From an uncultured bacterium (GTDB lineage: Bacteria > Hydrothermota > Tepidihabitantia > Tepidihabitantales > Tepidihabitantaceae), in contig CAYPNB010000001.1 of the NCBI GenBank assembly GCA_964412225.1, positions 75,656 to 139,655 of the forward strand: a stretch of 64,000 nt of DNA, in the 5' to 3' direction. Positions 27,265 through 37,087 of the stretch are shown one piece after another. Below the pieces are notes generated by a model. It searched no databases. It saw only the letters and a program-made list of their open reading frames with translations, and was not told the origin of the DNA. The first letter of the stretch is position 1; each line of letters opens with the position of its first letter. The translations under genes and the position numbers were made by a program.

Positions 27265-29385
27265 ATGAGCGCAATATTTTTTCTGCTCTTGACCCCGGTC
27301 GGGGTGTTTCAGGGGAAAATCTTTGATTCTTTCAGCCGGGAGCCGGTGCCCTATGCCGAGGTTCGGGTGGTGCCGCCGGATGTGGTGGTGTGGACCGACT
27401 CCACGGGCAGGTTTGTGGTTGCCGGCGTAGTGCCAGAAGAGGTGTCGGTAAAAGCGGAGCGGGTTGGCTATGAGCCAGGGTTCTGGAGTCGGTTGTCCAC
27501 GAGTGGTGAGGCGAGGCTGTTTCTGGTTCCGAGGTCAATACCGGTGGCGGGCGTTACCATCACCGCGAGCCGGTTGGGGAAAAGGGTCTGCCCAGCCCAG
27601 CCGGTTACGGTGATTGAAAATCGCAGCGGTGCCTTGCGGGGGACTGTTGATGTGAGCGGCGTACTTGGCGGAGCGGCCGGGGTCCAGGTTCAGGATTACA
27701 ATAACCTTGCCACCGTTTCCATTCGCGGCACCAGTGCGGAGCAAACTCTGGTGATGATGGACGGGGTTAAGTTAAATACGGCGTTAAACAATCAGGCAGA
27801 CCTTACGCTAATTACCACCGGGGTTGTCCAGCGGGTTGAGGTGGTCCGGGGCGGGGCATCGGCGCTTTACGGTGCCAATCCGATTGGCGGCGTGGTTAAT
27901 ATTATCACCCCGGAGCCGGAGCGATTCGGGATGGCGGCACAGGCGGGGTTGGGTTCTTTTGGCAGGCGGTACCTGCGGGCAGCGGTTTTTGGTCCAGGGC
28001 GGCTGAACTACTTTGTTGCCGGGGGGCTCATCCGGGCAGACAACCGTTGGACCTATCGGGATGAGTATGACTCAATTCACACCCGGGTTAACGCCGACAT
28101 CAGCCGGCAGGAACTGCTGCTGAAATGCGGGGCTGGATTGGGTGCGCCGGGCTACCTTTCTCTCCTGGGGTTGGTGGTTGCCGCCCAAAGGGGTTCGCCC
28201 GGACCGGTGATGTTTCCTTCTGACAGCGCGCGGTTAAAAGACTCCCGATTGTTGGCGGTCATCGGTTATGACCTAAAGGAAACCGATTATGCCCGGCTCA
28301 GCGCCCGTTTTTCCCATCAGCGGTTGTGGCAAAATTATTACAACCCCGATGAGTATTTCCCGGCAAATGACACCCATCTGGTCCATCAGACCGGTTTGAG
28401 TTTAAATCAGTGGGTTGAGCCGATGCCCTGGTGGCGCTCCAATATCGGCCTGGAACTGACTGCGGACCGGGCAGCAAGCACCGCGGTGGGCAGTCCCGAA
28501 AGGTTAAGCCGCGGGTTTTTCCTTGAGACCGGGTTCAACTGGCAGATTGTTCAGATTACCCCGGTCTTGCGCTATGACCTGATTGTTAACAACGCCACAC
28601 CTGCCGATTCGCAGCCGTTCCGTTCCACCTATGGTGCGTTCAGCCCCAGACTCGGGGTGGTGGTGAATCCGATTCCGGCGTTGAGCTGCTATTTCGGTGC
28701 GAACCAATCTTTTCGTTCGCCCACCTTTAACGAGTTGTGGTGGCCCCGGGATAACTGGACCGGTGGCAATCCCCGGCTCAAGCCAGAAAAAGGCACCGGT
28801 ATTGAGGCAGGGCTGGGGATGAAACTGGGGCGGGTTGGTGCCTGCCGGTTTAACCTCCACCGTTCCGATCTTGAGGATCTAATTCAATGGGTTGCGGATT
28901 CCAGTTTCTTTTATCAGCCGGTTAATATCGCCCGTGCCACAATTACCGGCCTGGAAACAGAGGCCGGATTTGACTTCCAGTTTTTTGGTCTGGACATAAG
29001 TGCCAACTATCAGGTGTGCCGTTCTGGCGAAAAGGATCTGCCCTACCGACCGAGGTTTTTGGCAAAGGCGGTGGCATGGGGCGCCTATCAGATTCCACCA
29101 TTGTCAGAAACGGGCGCAGAACCGGCTGAAATCTGCCGGTTGAGCCTGACCGGTTCGGCTGTTTCTTTTCGCTACACCGACAGTGAAAATACTGACACAC
29201 TGCCCGGATATCTGCTCCTGGACACCGAACTGGCGCTTAATCCGTTAGCAACTGTTCAGTCTTTTAGAGTTAAACCCAAATTTATCATTGGATGCAAAAA
29301 CATCCTCAACCGGCAATACGAAAGCATAAAAGGCTATCCGATAGCAGGCAGAAATGTCTATTTAGAAATAGATATTGGTTTATAA
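27265..29385 (+). CDS. TonB-dependent outer-membrane receptor (probable cobalamin/corrinoid transporter BtuB-like) with N-terminal CarboxypepD_reg-like domain
   Basis: 706 aa. Plug domain motifs (NLATVSIRGTSAEQTLVMMDGVKLN, VEVVRGGASALYGANPIGGVVNIIT) and C-terminal beta-barrel residues. Preceded by the B12 riboswitch and a GGAGAG RBS. Confidence 0.85.
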   Translation: MSAIFFLLLTPVGVFQGKIFDSFSREPVPYAEVRVVPPDVVVWTDSTGRFVVAGVVPEEVSVKAERVGYEPGFWSRLSTSGEARLFLVPRSIPVAGVTITASRLGKRVCPAQPVTVIENRSGALRGTVDVSGVLGGAAGVQVQDYNNLATVSIRGTSAEQTLVMMDGVKLNTALNNQADLTLITTGVVQRVEVVRGGASALYGANPIGGVVNIITPEPERFGMAAQAGLGSFGRRYLRAAVFGPGRLNYFVAGGLIRADNRWTYRDEYDSIHTRVNADISRQELLLKCGAGLGAPGYLSLLGLVVAAQRGSPGPVMFPSDSARLKDSRLLAVIGYDLKETDYARLSARFSHQRLWQNYYNPDEYFPANDTHLVHQTGLSLNQWVEPMPWWRSNIGLELTADRAASTAVGSPERLSRGFFLETGFNWQIVQITPVLRYDLIVNNATPADSQPFRSTYGAFSPRLGVVVNPIPALSCYFGANQSFRSPTFNELWWPRDNWTGGNPRLKPEKGTGIEAGLGMKLGRVGACRFNLHRSDLEDLIQWVADSSFFYQPVNIARATITGLETEAGFDFQFFGLDISANYQVCRSGEKDLPYRPRFLAKAVAWGAYQIPPLSETGAEPAEICRLSLTGSAVSFRYTDSENTDTLPGYLLLDTELALNPLATVQSFRVKPKFIIGCKNILNRQYESIKGYPIAGRNVYLEIDIGL

Positions 29386-30626
29386 TTATCTGTTATGTCT
29401 TGTTGCTGGTTATGGTTTTTAATTTCTTTTAGGTAAGACAGTTTTGTCTGTTCAAACAGGGGCAGGAATTTTTTGGCGACCGGTTCCGCTCTTGGCGGAA
29501 TAACTTTAAGCGGGTTTACCGGTTTTCCGTTCTGGCGGATTTCAAAATGGAGGTGGGGTCCGGTGGCAAGTCCGGTGGCGCCGACATAGCCGATGGTGGC
29601 GCCCTGGCGGACCATTTTCCCCGTCTTTATTCCTGGTCCGTAACCGGATAGATGGCCATAGCGGGAAACAAGGCCGCCGGCGTGTTTTATCTCCACCATT
29701 TTGCCGTACCCGCCCTGCCAGCGCGCCATTGTGACGACGCCGTCAGCAATTGCCGATACCGGTGTGCCCCGCGGTGCCACATAGTCAACACCGTTATGGG
29801 GACGGACAACGCGCAAGATGGGGTGGTGGCGCATTCCGAAATAGGAGGAGACCTTGGCAAATGACAGCGGCGAGCGCAGCACAGTCTTTCTCAGGGATTG
29901 CCCTTTTTCGTTGTAGTAGTCTATGTGGCCGGTGGGGTCACGGAAATAGAAGCCGTAGACGTTTTCCTGCCGGCTGCGGTAGTGAACCGCGTAGATCTGG
30001 CCGTAGCGATAGAGTTTGCCGTCAACCTGCAGTTTGTCCACGAGCAGTTCAAAGGTGTCGCCGTTGTTACATTCGGTGAAGAAGTCAATGTCGTAGCGCA
30101 GGATTTCGGCAAATTCAACCACCAGTTCCGGTGTGCCGCCCAGTTTCAGGAGCGAGTGCCAAAGCGAGTTTTCAATTGTGCCGGTGATGGCAACGCGGAC
30201 GGTGTCAACCGGCTTGGTGGTTTTGGTTGCGAGTGCCGTGCCGCTGGAGTCAAACCGGATCTGATAACTGGTGACCAGGTCCGGGTGGTAGTCAACACCG
30301 ATCAACTGGAGTCCCCGGTAATAAAACGATACCGAGTCTCCCGGTTTCATCCGGGTAAACGGGAATTGCACTGTGGCGAGGGCGGAGTAGATTGAGTTGA
30401 CCACATCAGTTGGGACACACCACCGGTTTAAAACCTCCTTGAGCACCTCCCCTTTCTGGAGAATGTCGCCACCCCAATAGGTTGATTCCGGGCTGGGGAG
30501 TTGTGGACCGCAAGGAATTCTTGGCTTTGGCTGCCGGATGAAAATAATTGCGACGCCGGCAAAAATAATTCCGATGATAACCGGTAGTACCCGGCGGACA
30601 GCCGACGCTGGCTGGTGTTCAATCAT
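29358..30626 (-). CDS. M23 family metallopeptidase (LytM-like) with N-terminal TM anchor
   Basis: C-terminal M23 motifs (HNGVDYVAPRGTPV..., GYGKMVEIKHAGGLVSRYGHLS, TGPHLHFEIRQNG). The start was set at ATG 30626 (MIEHQ..., TM helix VLPVIIGIIFAGVAIIF) immediately after the feoB stop; the longer ORF reaches 30923. Confidence 0.8.
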   Translation of the reverse strand: MIEHQPASAVRRVLPVIIGIIFAGVAIIFIRQPKPRIPCGPQLPSPESTYWGGDILQKGEVLKEVLNRWCVPTDVVNSIYSALATVQFPFTRMKPGDSVSFYYRGLQLIGVDYHPDLVTSYQIRFDSSGTALATKTTKPVDTVRVAITGTIENSLWHSLLKLGGTPELVVEFAEILRYDIDFFTECNNGDTFELLVDKLQVDGKLYRYGQIYAVHYRSRQENVYGFYFRDPTGHIDYYNEKGQSLRKTVLRSPLSFAKVSSYFGMRHHPILRVVRPHNGVDYVAPRGTPVSAIADGVVTMARWQGGYGKMVEIKHAGGLVSRYGHLSGYGPGIKTGKMVRQGATIGYVGATGLATGPHLHFEIRQNGKPVNPLKVIPPRAEPVAKKFLPLFEQTKLSYLKEIKNHNQQQDITDNYKPISISK

Positions 30627-32623
30627 AGAAAAACCCTCCCGATTTGATAGATTGCGGTTGCGGTTAGCCAGCCTAACATCAGTGTGTAGCCGGCGGTAAA
30701 GGTCGCCCAGCGCCAGCCCAGTTCCCGTCGAATTGCGGTGAATGTTGCGATACAGGGAAGATAAAGGAGAGACATCACCATAAATGCATAGGCGGATAGC
30801 GGGGTGAACTCGTGCCGGACAATCAGCGCCAAACCCTCCGGTCCGACCCCATGAATTGTTGCCATCGTGCCGACAACAACCTCTTTTGCCACCACACCGG
30901 CAAGGAGCGTCACCGCCGCCCACCAGTAGCCAAATCCGGCCGGTTTCAGAAGGGGGGCAAAGAGGCTGCCGATTTTCCCGAGAAGACTTTCTTGCGCGGC
31001 GTAAGGTACACCCCAGGGCAGGCGGGCGAAAAGCCAGATCACCACCACCGTCGGCGCAACCACCACCACTGCCCGGCGGATAAAGAGGAGGGTCCGGTGC
31101 CAGGTGGGACGCAAGACGGTGCGCACCGTTGGTGCGTGATAGGGCGGTAACTCCATTATCAACGGCGCCGTTTCGGCGCGGAAGAAGAGCCAGCGGAAAA
31201 GGCGGGCGCCAAGCACGGCAAGGAGGATGCCAAGAAGGTATAAAGAAAACACCACCATCCCGCGCTGGCGTGGGAAGAAGGCGGCGGTAAACAGAATGTA
31301 AATCGGTAGCCGGGCAGAGCAGGACATCAGCGGGGTCACCAAAATGGTCAGGATCCGGTCTTTGCGTGATTCCAGGGTGTGCGTTGCCAGAATCGCTGGA
31401 ACATTACAACCAAAGCCCATAATAATCGGGATAAAAGATTTGCCGTGCAGACCGAGGAGATGCATAAACCGGTCCATCACAAACGCCGCCCGTGCCATAT
31501 AGCCGGAGTCCTCAAGCAGGGAGATGATGATATAGAGGATGGCGATGTTCGGGACAAGACTTAAGACGGTCCCAACACCGTCAATCAGCGCATCGGCAAG
31601 AAAGGAACCCAGCCATTCCGGCGCCCGGAAAAGGGCAAGCCCGGTGTGGAGTTCCTTCCCCAGAAAGGCGAACAGCCGGGAGATAAGTTCCGCAAGGGGC
31701 GTGCCCAGCGCAAACACCAGGTAAAATGTCAATGCCATCAGAAGAAAGAAGAGCGGTACCCCCAGCCAGCGGTTGAGGACGATGCTGTCAATCGCTTCGG
31801 ACAACTCCGGTCCGCGGGCGATATCCGGGCGCTTGTGTACGCACTCCCTTATTACCCCCTTAATAAATCCGTAGCGCCGTTCCACTATTGCACTGCTGGC
31901 GTCGTGTTTGTGCCTTTGGGTTAGTTCGGCGCGAATTCCGGCCGCCACCCTTTCCGCTTCCGCCATTTCCGGAAGGGCGGTTTCACCTTCCAGAAGTTTC
32001 AGCGCCCACCACCGCCGTTCGTTATCCGGCACCTTTCGGGCTAAAGCGTTTGCCACACTTTCAATTCCCCGTTCAACTTCGGCGCCATAGTCAATCCGCA
32101 GTGGCGGAGCGGTTTTTTCTTCCCGTCCCAGGTTATGAATCACCTCCCGCAGCTGTTCAATGCCTTCCCCGGTTGTCGCAACCGTTGACACCACCTTTAC
32201 CCCGAGCGCAGCGGCAAGTTTGGCGGTGTCAATCTCAACCCCTTTCCCCCGGGCGATGTCAATCATATTCAGCACCACCACCACCCGCGCCCCCAGCTCA
32301 AGAAGTTGCACCACCAGATACAGATTCCGCTCTAAATTTGCCGCATCCACTACCGCTATTACGCCATCCGGCTTCTCTTTGATAAGAAAATCGCGGGCGA
32401 CGCGTTCGTCCAGTGTCCAGGCATCAAGCGCATAAGTGCCGGGCAGGTCAACAATTGTAACCTCATGCCCCCGATAGTTTGACCGGCCCTCGTGCCTTTC
32501 CACGGTTACACCGGGCCAGTTGCCCACCGCAACATTGGCGCCGGTCAATGCATTAAATATGGTGCTTTTTCCGGAGTTGGGATTGCCGGCGATGGCAATT
32601 TTAATCTGCCGCTTTGCCCGCAC
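30623..32623 (-). CDS. feoB: Ferrous iron transporter FeoB
   Basis: G-domain motifs (IAIAGNPNSGKSTIFNALTG, DLPGTYAL) followed by a polytopic membrane domain. Start chosen at GTG 32623 (VRAKRQIKIAIAG) 16 nt after the feoA stop; the longest ORF to 32698 would overlap feoA by 59 nt. Confidence 0.85.
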   Translation of the reverse strand: MRAKRQIKIAIAGNPNSGKSTIFNALTGANVAVGNWPGVTVERHEGRSNYRGHEVTIVDLPGTYALDAWTLDERVARDFLIKEKPDGVIAVVDAANLERNLYLVVQLLELGARVVVVLNMIDIARGKGVEIDTAKLAAALGVKVVSTVATTGEGIEQLREVIHNLGREEKTAPPLRIDYGAEVERGIESVANALARKVPDNERRWWALKLLEGETALPEMAEAERVAAGIRAELTQRHKHDASSAIVERRYGFIKGVIRECVHKRPDIARGPELSEAIDSIVLNRWLGVPLFFLLMALTFYLVFALGTPLAELISRLFAFLGKELHTGLALFRAPEWLGSFLADALIDGVGTVLSLVPNIAILYIIISLLEDSGYMARAAFVMDRFMHLLGLHGKSFIPIIMGFGCNVPAILATHTLESRKDRILTILVTPLMSCSARLPIYILFTAAFFPRQRGMVVFSLYLLGILLAVLGARLFRWLFFRAETAPLIMELPPYHAPTVRTVLRPTWHRTLLFIRRAVVVVAPTVVVIWLFARLPWGVPYAAQESLLGKIGSLFAPLLKPAGFGYWWAAVTLLAGVVAKEVVVGTMATIHGVGPEGLALIVRHEFTPLSAYAFMVMSLLYLPCIATFTAIRRELGWRWATFTAGYTLMLGWLTATAIYQIGRVFL

Positions 32624-32639
32624 CTGACACCTGGCGTCG

Positions 32640-33164
32640 TTACGAGGAGTCGGTCTTGAGCGAAGCACCCGAATCGGGCACTTCGGTCGGAATGGCATCG
32701 GGATTATCCTCTGTCGCCGCCATTACCATAATCCGACCCGCCATTCCCCAGCCGATCGGAAACTTCCTGCCTCCCGCCACCTCAACCACAACCGGTCCGG
32801 TTCCATCATCAGCCTGCCGGAAGACAACCGCTTCTTCAACAACGCCCAGCTGCGCCAGTTTTTCTCTTATACCTCTGCCGCCGTCAATATCTATTACCTT
32901 TAATCTGCCCGCCGGTGCCTGGTTTAACGGATAAACCTTCAAAGGTTCAACCATAACCAGTGCCGCCTCCATTTGGCGCAAGGAAAGGCAGTACCCCAAA
33001 AGTTCATAAGCCCGGGGGTCGCCCATCGGCGCACATCGCGTCACCCTCACTCGCACCCCCGGCACAAACCCCATCGTCTCCAGCCGGCGCTTCAGCGCTG
33101 GCGGACCTGCAACACCTTTTATTATCGCCCATTCACCAACATTGAGTTCACTTAACTTTTTCAT
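32640..33164 (-). CDS. feoA: FeoA (tandem FeoA-domain fusion)
   Basis: Two consecutive SH3-like FeoA modules (LSELNVGEWAIIKGVAG...GFVPGVRVRVTR and AGRLKVIDIDGGRGIREKLAQLGVVEEAVV) plus a Ser/Asp-rich tail. Start chosen at MKKLSELN; the upstream ATG is at 33185. Confidence 0.75.
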   Translation of the reverse strand: MKKLSELNVGEWAIIKGVAGPPALKRRLETMGFVPGVRVRVTRCAPMGDPRAYELLGYCLSLRQMEAALVMVEPLKVYPLNQAPAGRLKVIDIDGGRGIREKLAQLGVVEEAVVFRQADDGTGPVVVEVAGGRKFPIGWGMAGRIMVMAATEDNPDAIPTEVPDSGASLKTDSS

Positions 33165-33570
33165 GATTTTTCTTGCGCTGGACAAAATTTATTATCATTT
33201 TTATCGTTTCCCGCGAAAGGGTGTGTTCCATCCGGCAGGCATCCTCTGCCGCTACTCGCGGATTGACACCCAGGACCAGCTGGAGAAACTCGGTCAGGAG
33301 CAGGTGGCGCTGATAAATCGCTTCGGCGCGCATTTTTCCCCGCGGGGTCAGTTCCACCCCGCCGTAGTGCTCGTGCCGGACCAGCCCCTGGCGTTTCAGA
33401 CCGGTAAGGGCACCGACTATCGAGGGGCAGCTTACCCCGAGAAATCGGGCGAGTTCCTTCACTCGCACCGGATGCCGATTGGCGCCGAGAATCAGGATCG
33501 CCTCTAAATAGTCTTCCCGGCTTTCGCCCAGGGTACTGCGAAAACGATTGATTTTAGGTTTGCCTAACAT
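33148..33570 (-). CDS. DtxR/MntR-family iron-dependent transcriptional repressor
   Basis: 140 aa; HTH (VRVKELARFLGVSCPSIVGALTGLKRQGLV) plus a metal-binding dimerization region typical of the DtxR/IdeR family. First gene of the feo operon. Confidence 0.8.
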   Translation of the reverse strand: MLGKPKINRFRSTLGESREDYLEAILILGANRHPVRVKELARFLGVSCPSIVGALTGLKRQGLVRHEHYGGVELTPRGKMRAEAIYQRHLLLTEFLQLVLGVNPRVAAEDACRMEHTLSRETIKMIINFVQRKKNHEKVK

Positions 33571-33967
33571 TGTTAGCCAGATCTAATTTTAGCTACAATT
33601 ACCGGTTTGTCAACAAAAAGGCATCCGCTACCGGGTGGGGAAAGGGAGGCCATCCCCGGGACGGTGGAGGGGACAACCCCCTTAACGGCGGACAAAACTG
33701 GCTAACTGTCTGATTGTCATCAAAATACACAATCACAGCGTAATCGGCGCGTTAATCTTTGCCGGTTTCGGGGTCATAATCAATAGCAGAACCTGTCCAT
33801 CTAAAGCCGCCGGTCAGCAACTTTTTTGATCGGCTTTCGGGGATTGAAAACCGGTGCTGGTTTTGCCCGTTACCGTTCGGTTATTTGATTTGACTTTTAT
33901 TAAGTTGAGGATTATAATTTAATCTTGCCTCGAGCAAGGCAAGGAAGCAATTTAGAAAGGAGCGTTT

Positions 33968-34237
33968 ATGGCGCATAAAAAAGGCGGCGGAACAGCAAAG
34001 AACGGGCGTAACAGCCCGGGTCAGCGGCTGGGCGTTAAGGCTTTTGCCAGCGAGACGGTGCAAAAGGGCGATATCCTGGTGCGCCAGCGCGGAACGAGGT
34101 TTCTGCCTGGTAAAAATGTCGGGCGGGGAAAGGACGATACCCTTTACGCCCTTGCCAATGGCGTGGTGCGGTTTGAGTGGGCGAGTCGGACAAAAAAGCG
34201 GGTGTCGGTAGTTCCGGTGGTGAACGACAACAATTAA
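33968..34237 (+). CDS. rpmA: 50S ribosomal protein L27
   Basis: [24 protein letters not shown]...VRQRGTRF is the universal bL27 N-terminus. AGGAG RBS. Confidence 0.95.
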   Translation: MAHKKGGGTAKNGRNSPGQRLGVKAFASETVQKGDILVRQRGTRFLPGKNVGRGKDDTLYALANGVVRFEWASRTKKRVSVVPVVNDNN

Positions 34238-34240
34238 GAG

Positions 34241-34897
34241 ATGAAGATTAAATGGCTGGGACACGCGGCATTTCTCTTTACCGCCGCTGATGGGACAAAG
34301 GTGCTCACCGACCCGTATGTGCCGGGTGCCTATGACGGCGCGGTCGGTTACGGAAAAATTCAGGAGACCGTTGATGTGGTGACGGTAAGCCATAGCCACC
34401 CGGACCACAGTGGTGCGGGCGGTTTGCCCGGTAGCCCTTTGGTAATATCAGAGCCGGGCGAGCGTTCAGTAAAAGGGATAAAGGTTTTCGGATTGGCGAC
34501 ATTTCACGACCGGAGTCAGGGTAAGGAGCGGGGGAAAAACATTGTCTTTGTCTATGAGGTTGACGGGCTCCGCCTGGTCCATCTTGGTGACCTGGGGCAT
34601 ATTCCGGATCGGGCAACGGTTCAGGCGCTCGGTCAGGTGGATGTGCTGCTGGTGCCGGTGGGTGGCGTCTTTACAATTGATGCCCGGGAGGCGCAGGAGG
34701 TGGTCCGGCTGCTCAAGCCCAGGGTGGTGATTCCAATGCATTACAAAACCCAGCGCTTGGGTTTTCAGATTGCCGGTGTTGATGAGTTTCTGAAACTCTG
34801 CCCGGAAGTGAGGCGCATCGGTAGTTCCGAGGTGGAGGTTTTGCCGGCAACCCTGCCCACCGGGACCGCGACCTGGGTTTTGAATCCGGCGCGGTGA
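34241..34897 (+). CDS. MBL-fold metallo-hydrolase
   Basis: HSHPDHSG metal-binding motif and 218-aa lactamase_B-like length. Confidence 0.75.
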   Translation: MKIKWLGHAAFLFTAADGTKVLTDPYVPGAYDGAVGYGKIQETVDVVTVSHSHPDHSGAGGLPGSPLVISEPGERSVKGIKVFGLATFHDRSQGKERGKNIVFVYEVDGLRLVHLGDLGHIPDRATVQALGQVDVLLVPVGGVFTIDAREAQEVVRLLKPRVVIPMHYKTQRLGFQIAGVDEFLKLCPEVRRIGSSEVEVLPATLPTGTATWVLNPAR

Positions 34898-34910
34898 AAA
34901 TGGAGAACTG

Positions 34911-35768
34911 GTGATGTCCGGCTGCGGACGGGAGATCGGTTTTGAGGCGGTCCGGGAGACGGTTGCCCGGTTATGTGTGGAGGCGAACTGCATTCTTGGT
35001 GAGGATGTGGTCAAGGCGTTTGAGCGCGGACTGGCGGTTGAGGAGTCGCCAACCGGCAGGGAGATTTTAAAACAACTTCTGGAGAATCAGAAGATCGCCC
35101 GGGAAAAAATGATGCCTATCTGCCAGGACACCGGCTGGGCGGTGGTGTGGCTGGAACTGGGTTCCGGGGTGAGAATTACCGGCGGCGAGCTTTTTGATGC
35201 GGTTCAGCAGGGGGTGGCAAAGGGTTATACCGAAGGTTATCTGCGTAAGTCAATTGTGGCTGATCCGCTGCGCCGGAAAAACACCGGCAATAATACACCG
35301 GCGATAATCTACACCGAGATTGTTCCCGGGGACCGGCTGAAGATAACTGTTCAGCCCAAGGGTGGTGGTAGTGAAAATATGAGCGAGGTGAAGATGCTTT
35401 CCGCTGCCGACGGTGTCGAAGGAATCAGAAAATTTGTCGTTGACCGGGTCGCGCGCTCCCAGGCCAACCCCTGTCCGCCGGTTATCGTCGGGGTGGGCAT
35501 CGGCGGGACATTTGAGAAGTGCGCGATGCTGGCGAAACGGGCGCTTTTGCGCGCGGTCGGGTCGGTGCATCCGGACCCGTTTTATGCTGAACTGGAGCGG
35601 ACCCTGCTTGATGATATCAACAAACTGGGCATCGGACCGCAGGGGCTCGGCGGCCGGGTTACCGCGTTGGCGGTGTTCATTGAGGTGTTTCCCTGCCATA
35701 TCGCCATGATGCCCTGCGCGGTGAACATAAACTGCCATGCGGCAAGGCACAAGACAGCGGTTTTGTAG
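34911..35768 (+). CDS. Class I (Fe-S) fumarate hydratase / tartrate dehydratase alpha subunit
   Basis: 285 aa with the CQDTGWAVVWLELG motif and NPCPPVIVGVGIGGTFEK, as in FumA N-terminal / TtdA. Confidence 0.85.
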   Translation: MMSGCGREIGFEAVRETVARLCVEANCILGEDVVKAFERGLAVEESPTGREILKQLLENQKIAREKMMPICQDTGWAVVWLELGSGVRITGGELFDAVQQGVAKGYTEGYLRKSIVADPLRRKNTGNNTPAIIYTEIVPGDRLKITVQPKGGGSENMSEVKMLSAADGVEGIRKFVVDRVARSQANPCPPVIVGVGIGGTFEKCAMLAKRALLRAVGSVHPDPFYAELERTLLDDINKLGIGPQGLGGRVTALAVFIEVFPCHIAMMPCAVNINCHAARHKTAVL

Positions 35769-35776
35769 GAGGAAGA

Positions 35777-36355
35777 ATGGCGACCCCGGCAATTGCTGCG
35801 GAACCGAAGCGGGTGCAGACGCCACTGACTGACGAGGTGGTGCGCAGTTTACATGCGGGTGATACGGTTTTTCTGTCCGGGGTGATTTACACCGCCCGGG
35901 ATTTAGCCCACAAGCGATTGGTTGAAACACTGGACCGGGGTGAAAAACCGCCTTTTGAGTTAAAGGGGTCGGTTGTCTATTATGTCGGTCCGAGTCCGGC
36001 AAAACCGGGAATGGTTATCGGTGCCTGCGGTCCGACCACCTCCTATCGGATGGACCCCTATACCCCGCGTTTGCTGGAGAACGGGATGAAGGGGATGGTC
36101 GGCAAGGGCAATCGCAGCCCGGCGGTAATTGAGGCGCTGCAGCGCTTCTGCGCGGTGTATTTTGCCGCGGTGGGCGGTGCGGCGGCGCTCCTTGCCCAGC
36201 GGGTGAAGGCGGCGCGGGTTATCGCCTATGAGGAGCTCGGTCCGGAGGCAATCCAGGAGTTAACGGTTGAGGACCTGCCGGTAATTGTGGTCAACGACTG
36301 CCACGGTGCTGACCTTTACCAGGAAGGTGTTAAGCGATATAAAAAGGAAGGGTGA
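35777..36355 (+). CDS. Class I fumarate hydratase / tartrate dehydratase beta subunit
   Basis: 192 aa with SGVIYTARDLAHKRL...YYVGPSPAKPGMVIGACGPTTSYRMD, the Fe-S hydro-lyase beta motif. Confidence 0.85.
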   Translation: MATPAIAAEPKRVQTPLTDEVVRSLHAGDTVFLSGVIYTARDLAHKRLVETLDRGEKPPFELKGSVVYYVGPSPAKPGMVIGACGPTTSYRMDPYTPRLLENGMKGMVGKGNRSPAVIEALQRFCAVYFAAVGGAAALLAQRVKAARVIAYEELGPEAIQELTVEDLPVIVVNDCHGADLYQEGVKRYKKEG

Positions 36356-36358
36356 AGG

Positions 36359-37084
36359 ATGGCAAGAGCGGCAAAAAAACGGGCGCTGGAGAACGCGGCG
36401 CCAACCCAGGACCTGATTACCATCTATGTGATGGGTGAGGCATATCGGGTGCCCAAAGAGTTGACGATTATGAAGGCGATGGAGTTCGCCGGTTTTCGCT
36501 TTATCCGCGGCTGTGGTTGTCGGGGCGGATTCTGCGGTGCCTGCGGGACGGTCTATCGCACAAAGGACTCCTATAAACTCAAGGTTGGGCTCGCCTGCCA
36601 GACGGTGGTTGAGGAGGGGATGTTTCTTACCCAGATACCGTTTTACCCGGCCAACAAGAAAAACTACAACATTGAGGAACTGGTGCCGGATACCCAGGTG
36701 CTGGTGCGCCATTATCCGGAGATTATGCGGTGTATCGCCTGTAACTCCTGCACCAAAATCTGCCCCCAGGACATTGATGTGATGGGCTACATTCAGGCGG
36801 CGATCCGGGGTGACATCGCCCGGGTGGCAGATATGTCCTTTGACTGTATTATGTGCGGATTGTGTGCCAGCCGGTGTCCGGCCGAAATTGTCCATTACCA
36901 CGTTGCCCTCCTGGCGCGCCGGCTCTACGGGGCGAAAATCGCCCCCCGGGCGGCGCATTTACAGCAGCGGCTGGCCGAGATTACCGCGGGCAAGTTTGAG
37001 CCCGGGCTGGACCGGTTGACCAGGATGAGTGAAGCAGAACTTTCCCGTCTCTATTATCAGGAGCGGGATATTGAACCGGAGTAA
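36359..37084 (+). CDS. Succinate dehydrogenase/fumarate reductase iron-sulfur subunit-like protein (soluble)
   Basis: 2Fe-2S motif CGCRGGFCGACG plus two 4Fe-4S motifs (CIACNSCTKICP; CIMCGLCASRCP), with no membrane anchor. Sits immediately upstream of the flavoprotein. Confidence 0.75.
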   Translation: MARAAKKRALENAAPTQDLITIYVMGEAYRVPKELTIMKAMEFAGFRFIRGCGCRGGFCGACGTVYRTKDSYKLKVGLACQTVVEEGMFLTQIPFYPANKKNYNIEELVPDTQVLVRHYPEIMRCIACNSCTKICPQDIDVMGYIQAAIRGDIARVADMSFDCIMCGLCASRCPAEIVHYHVALLARRLYGAKIAPRAAHLQQRLAEITAGKFEPGLDRLTRMSEAELSRLYYQERDIEPE

Positions 37085-37087
37085 ACC

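Noticed and set aside
33881-34408. 175-aa minus-strand ORF spanning rpmA
   Set aside because: Antisense to the strongly conserved bL27 gene and the MBL hydrolase start. No RBS and no recognisable domain.
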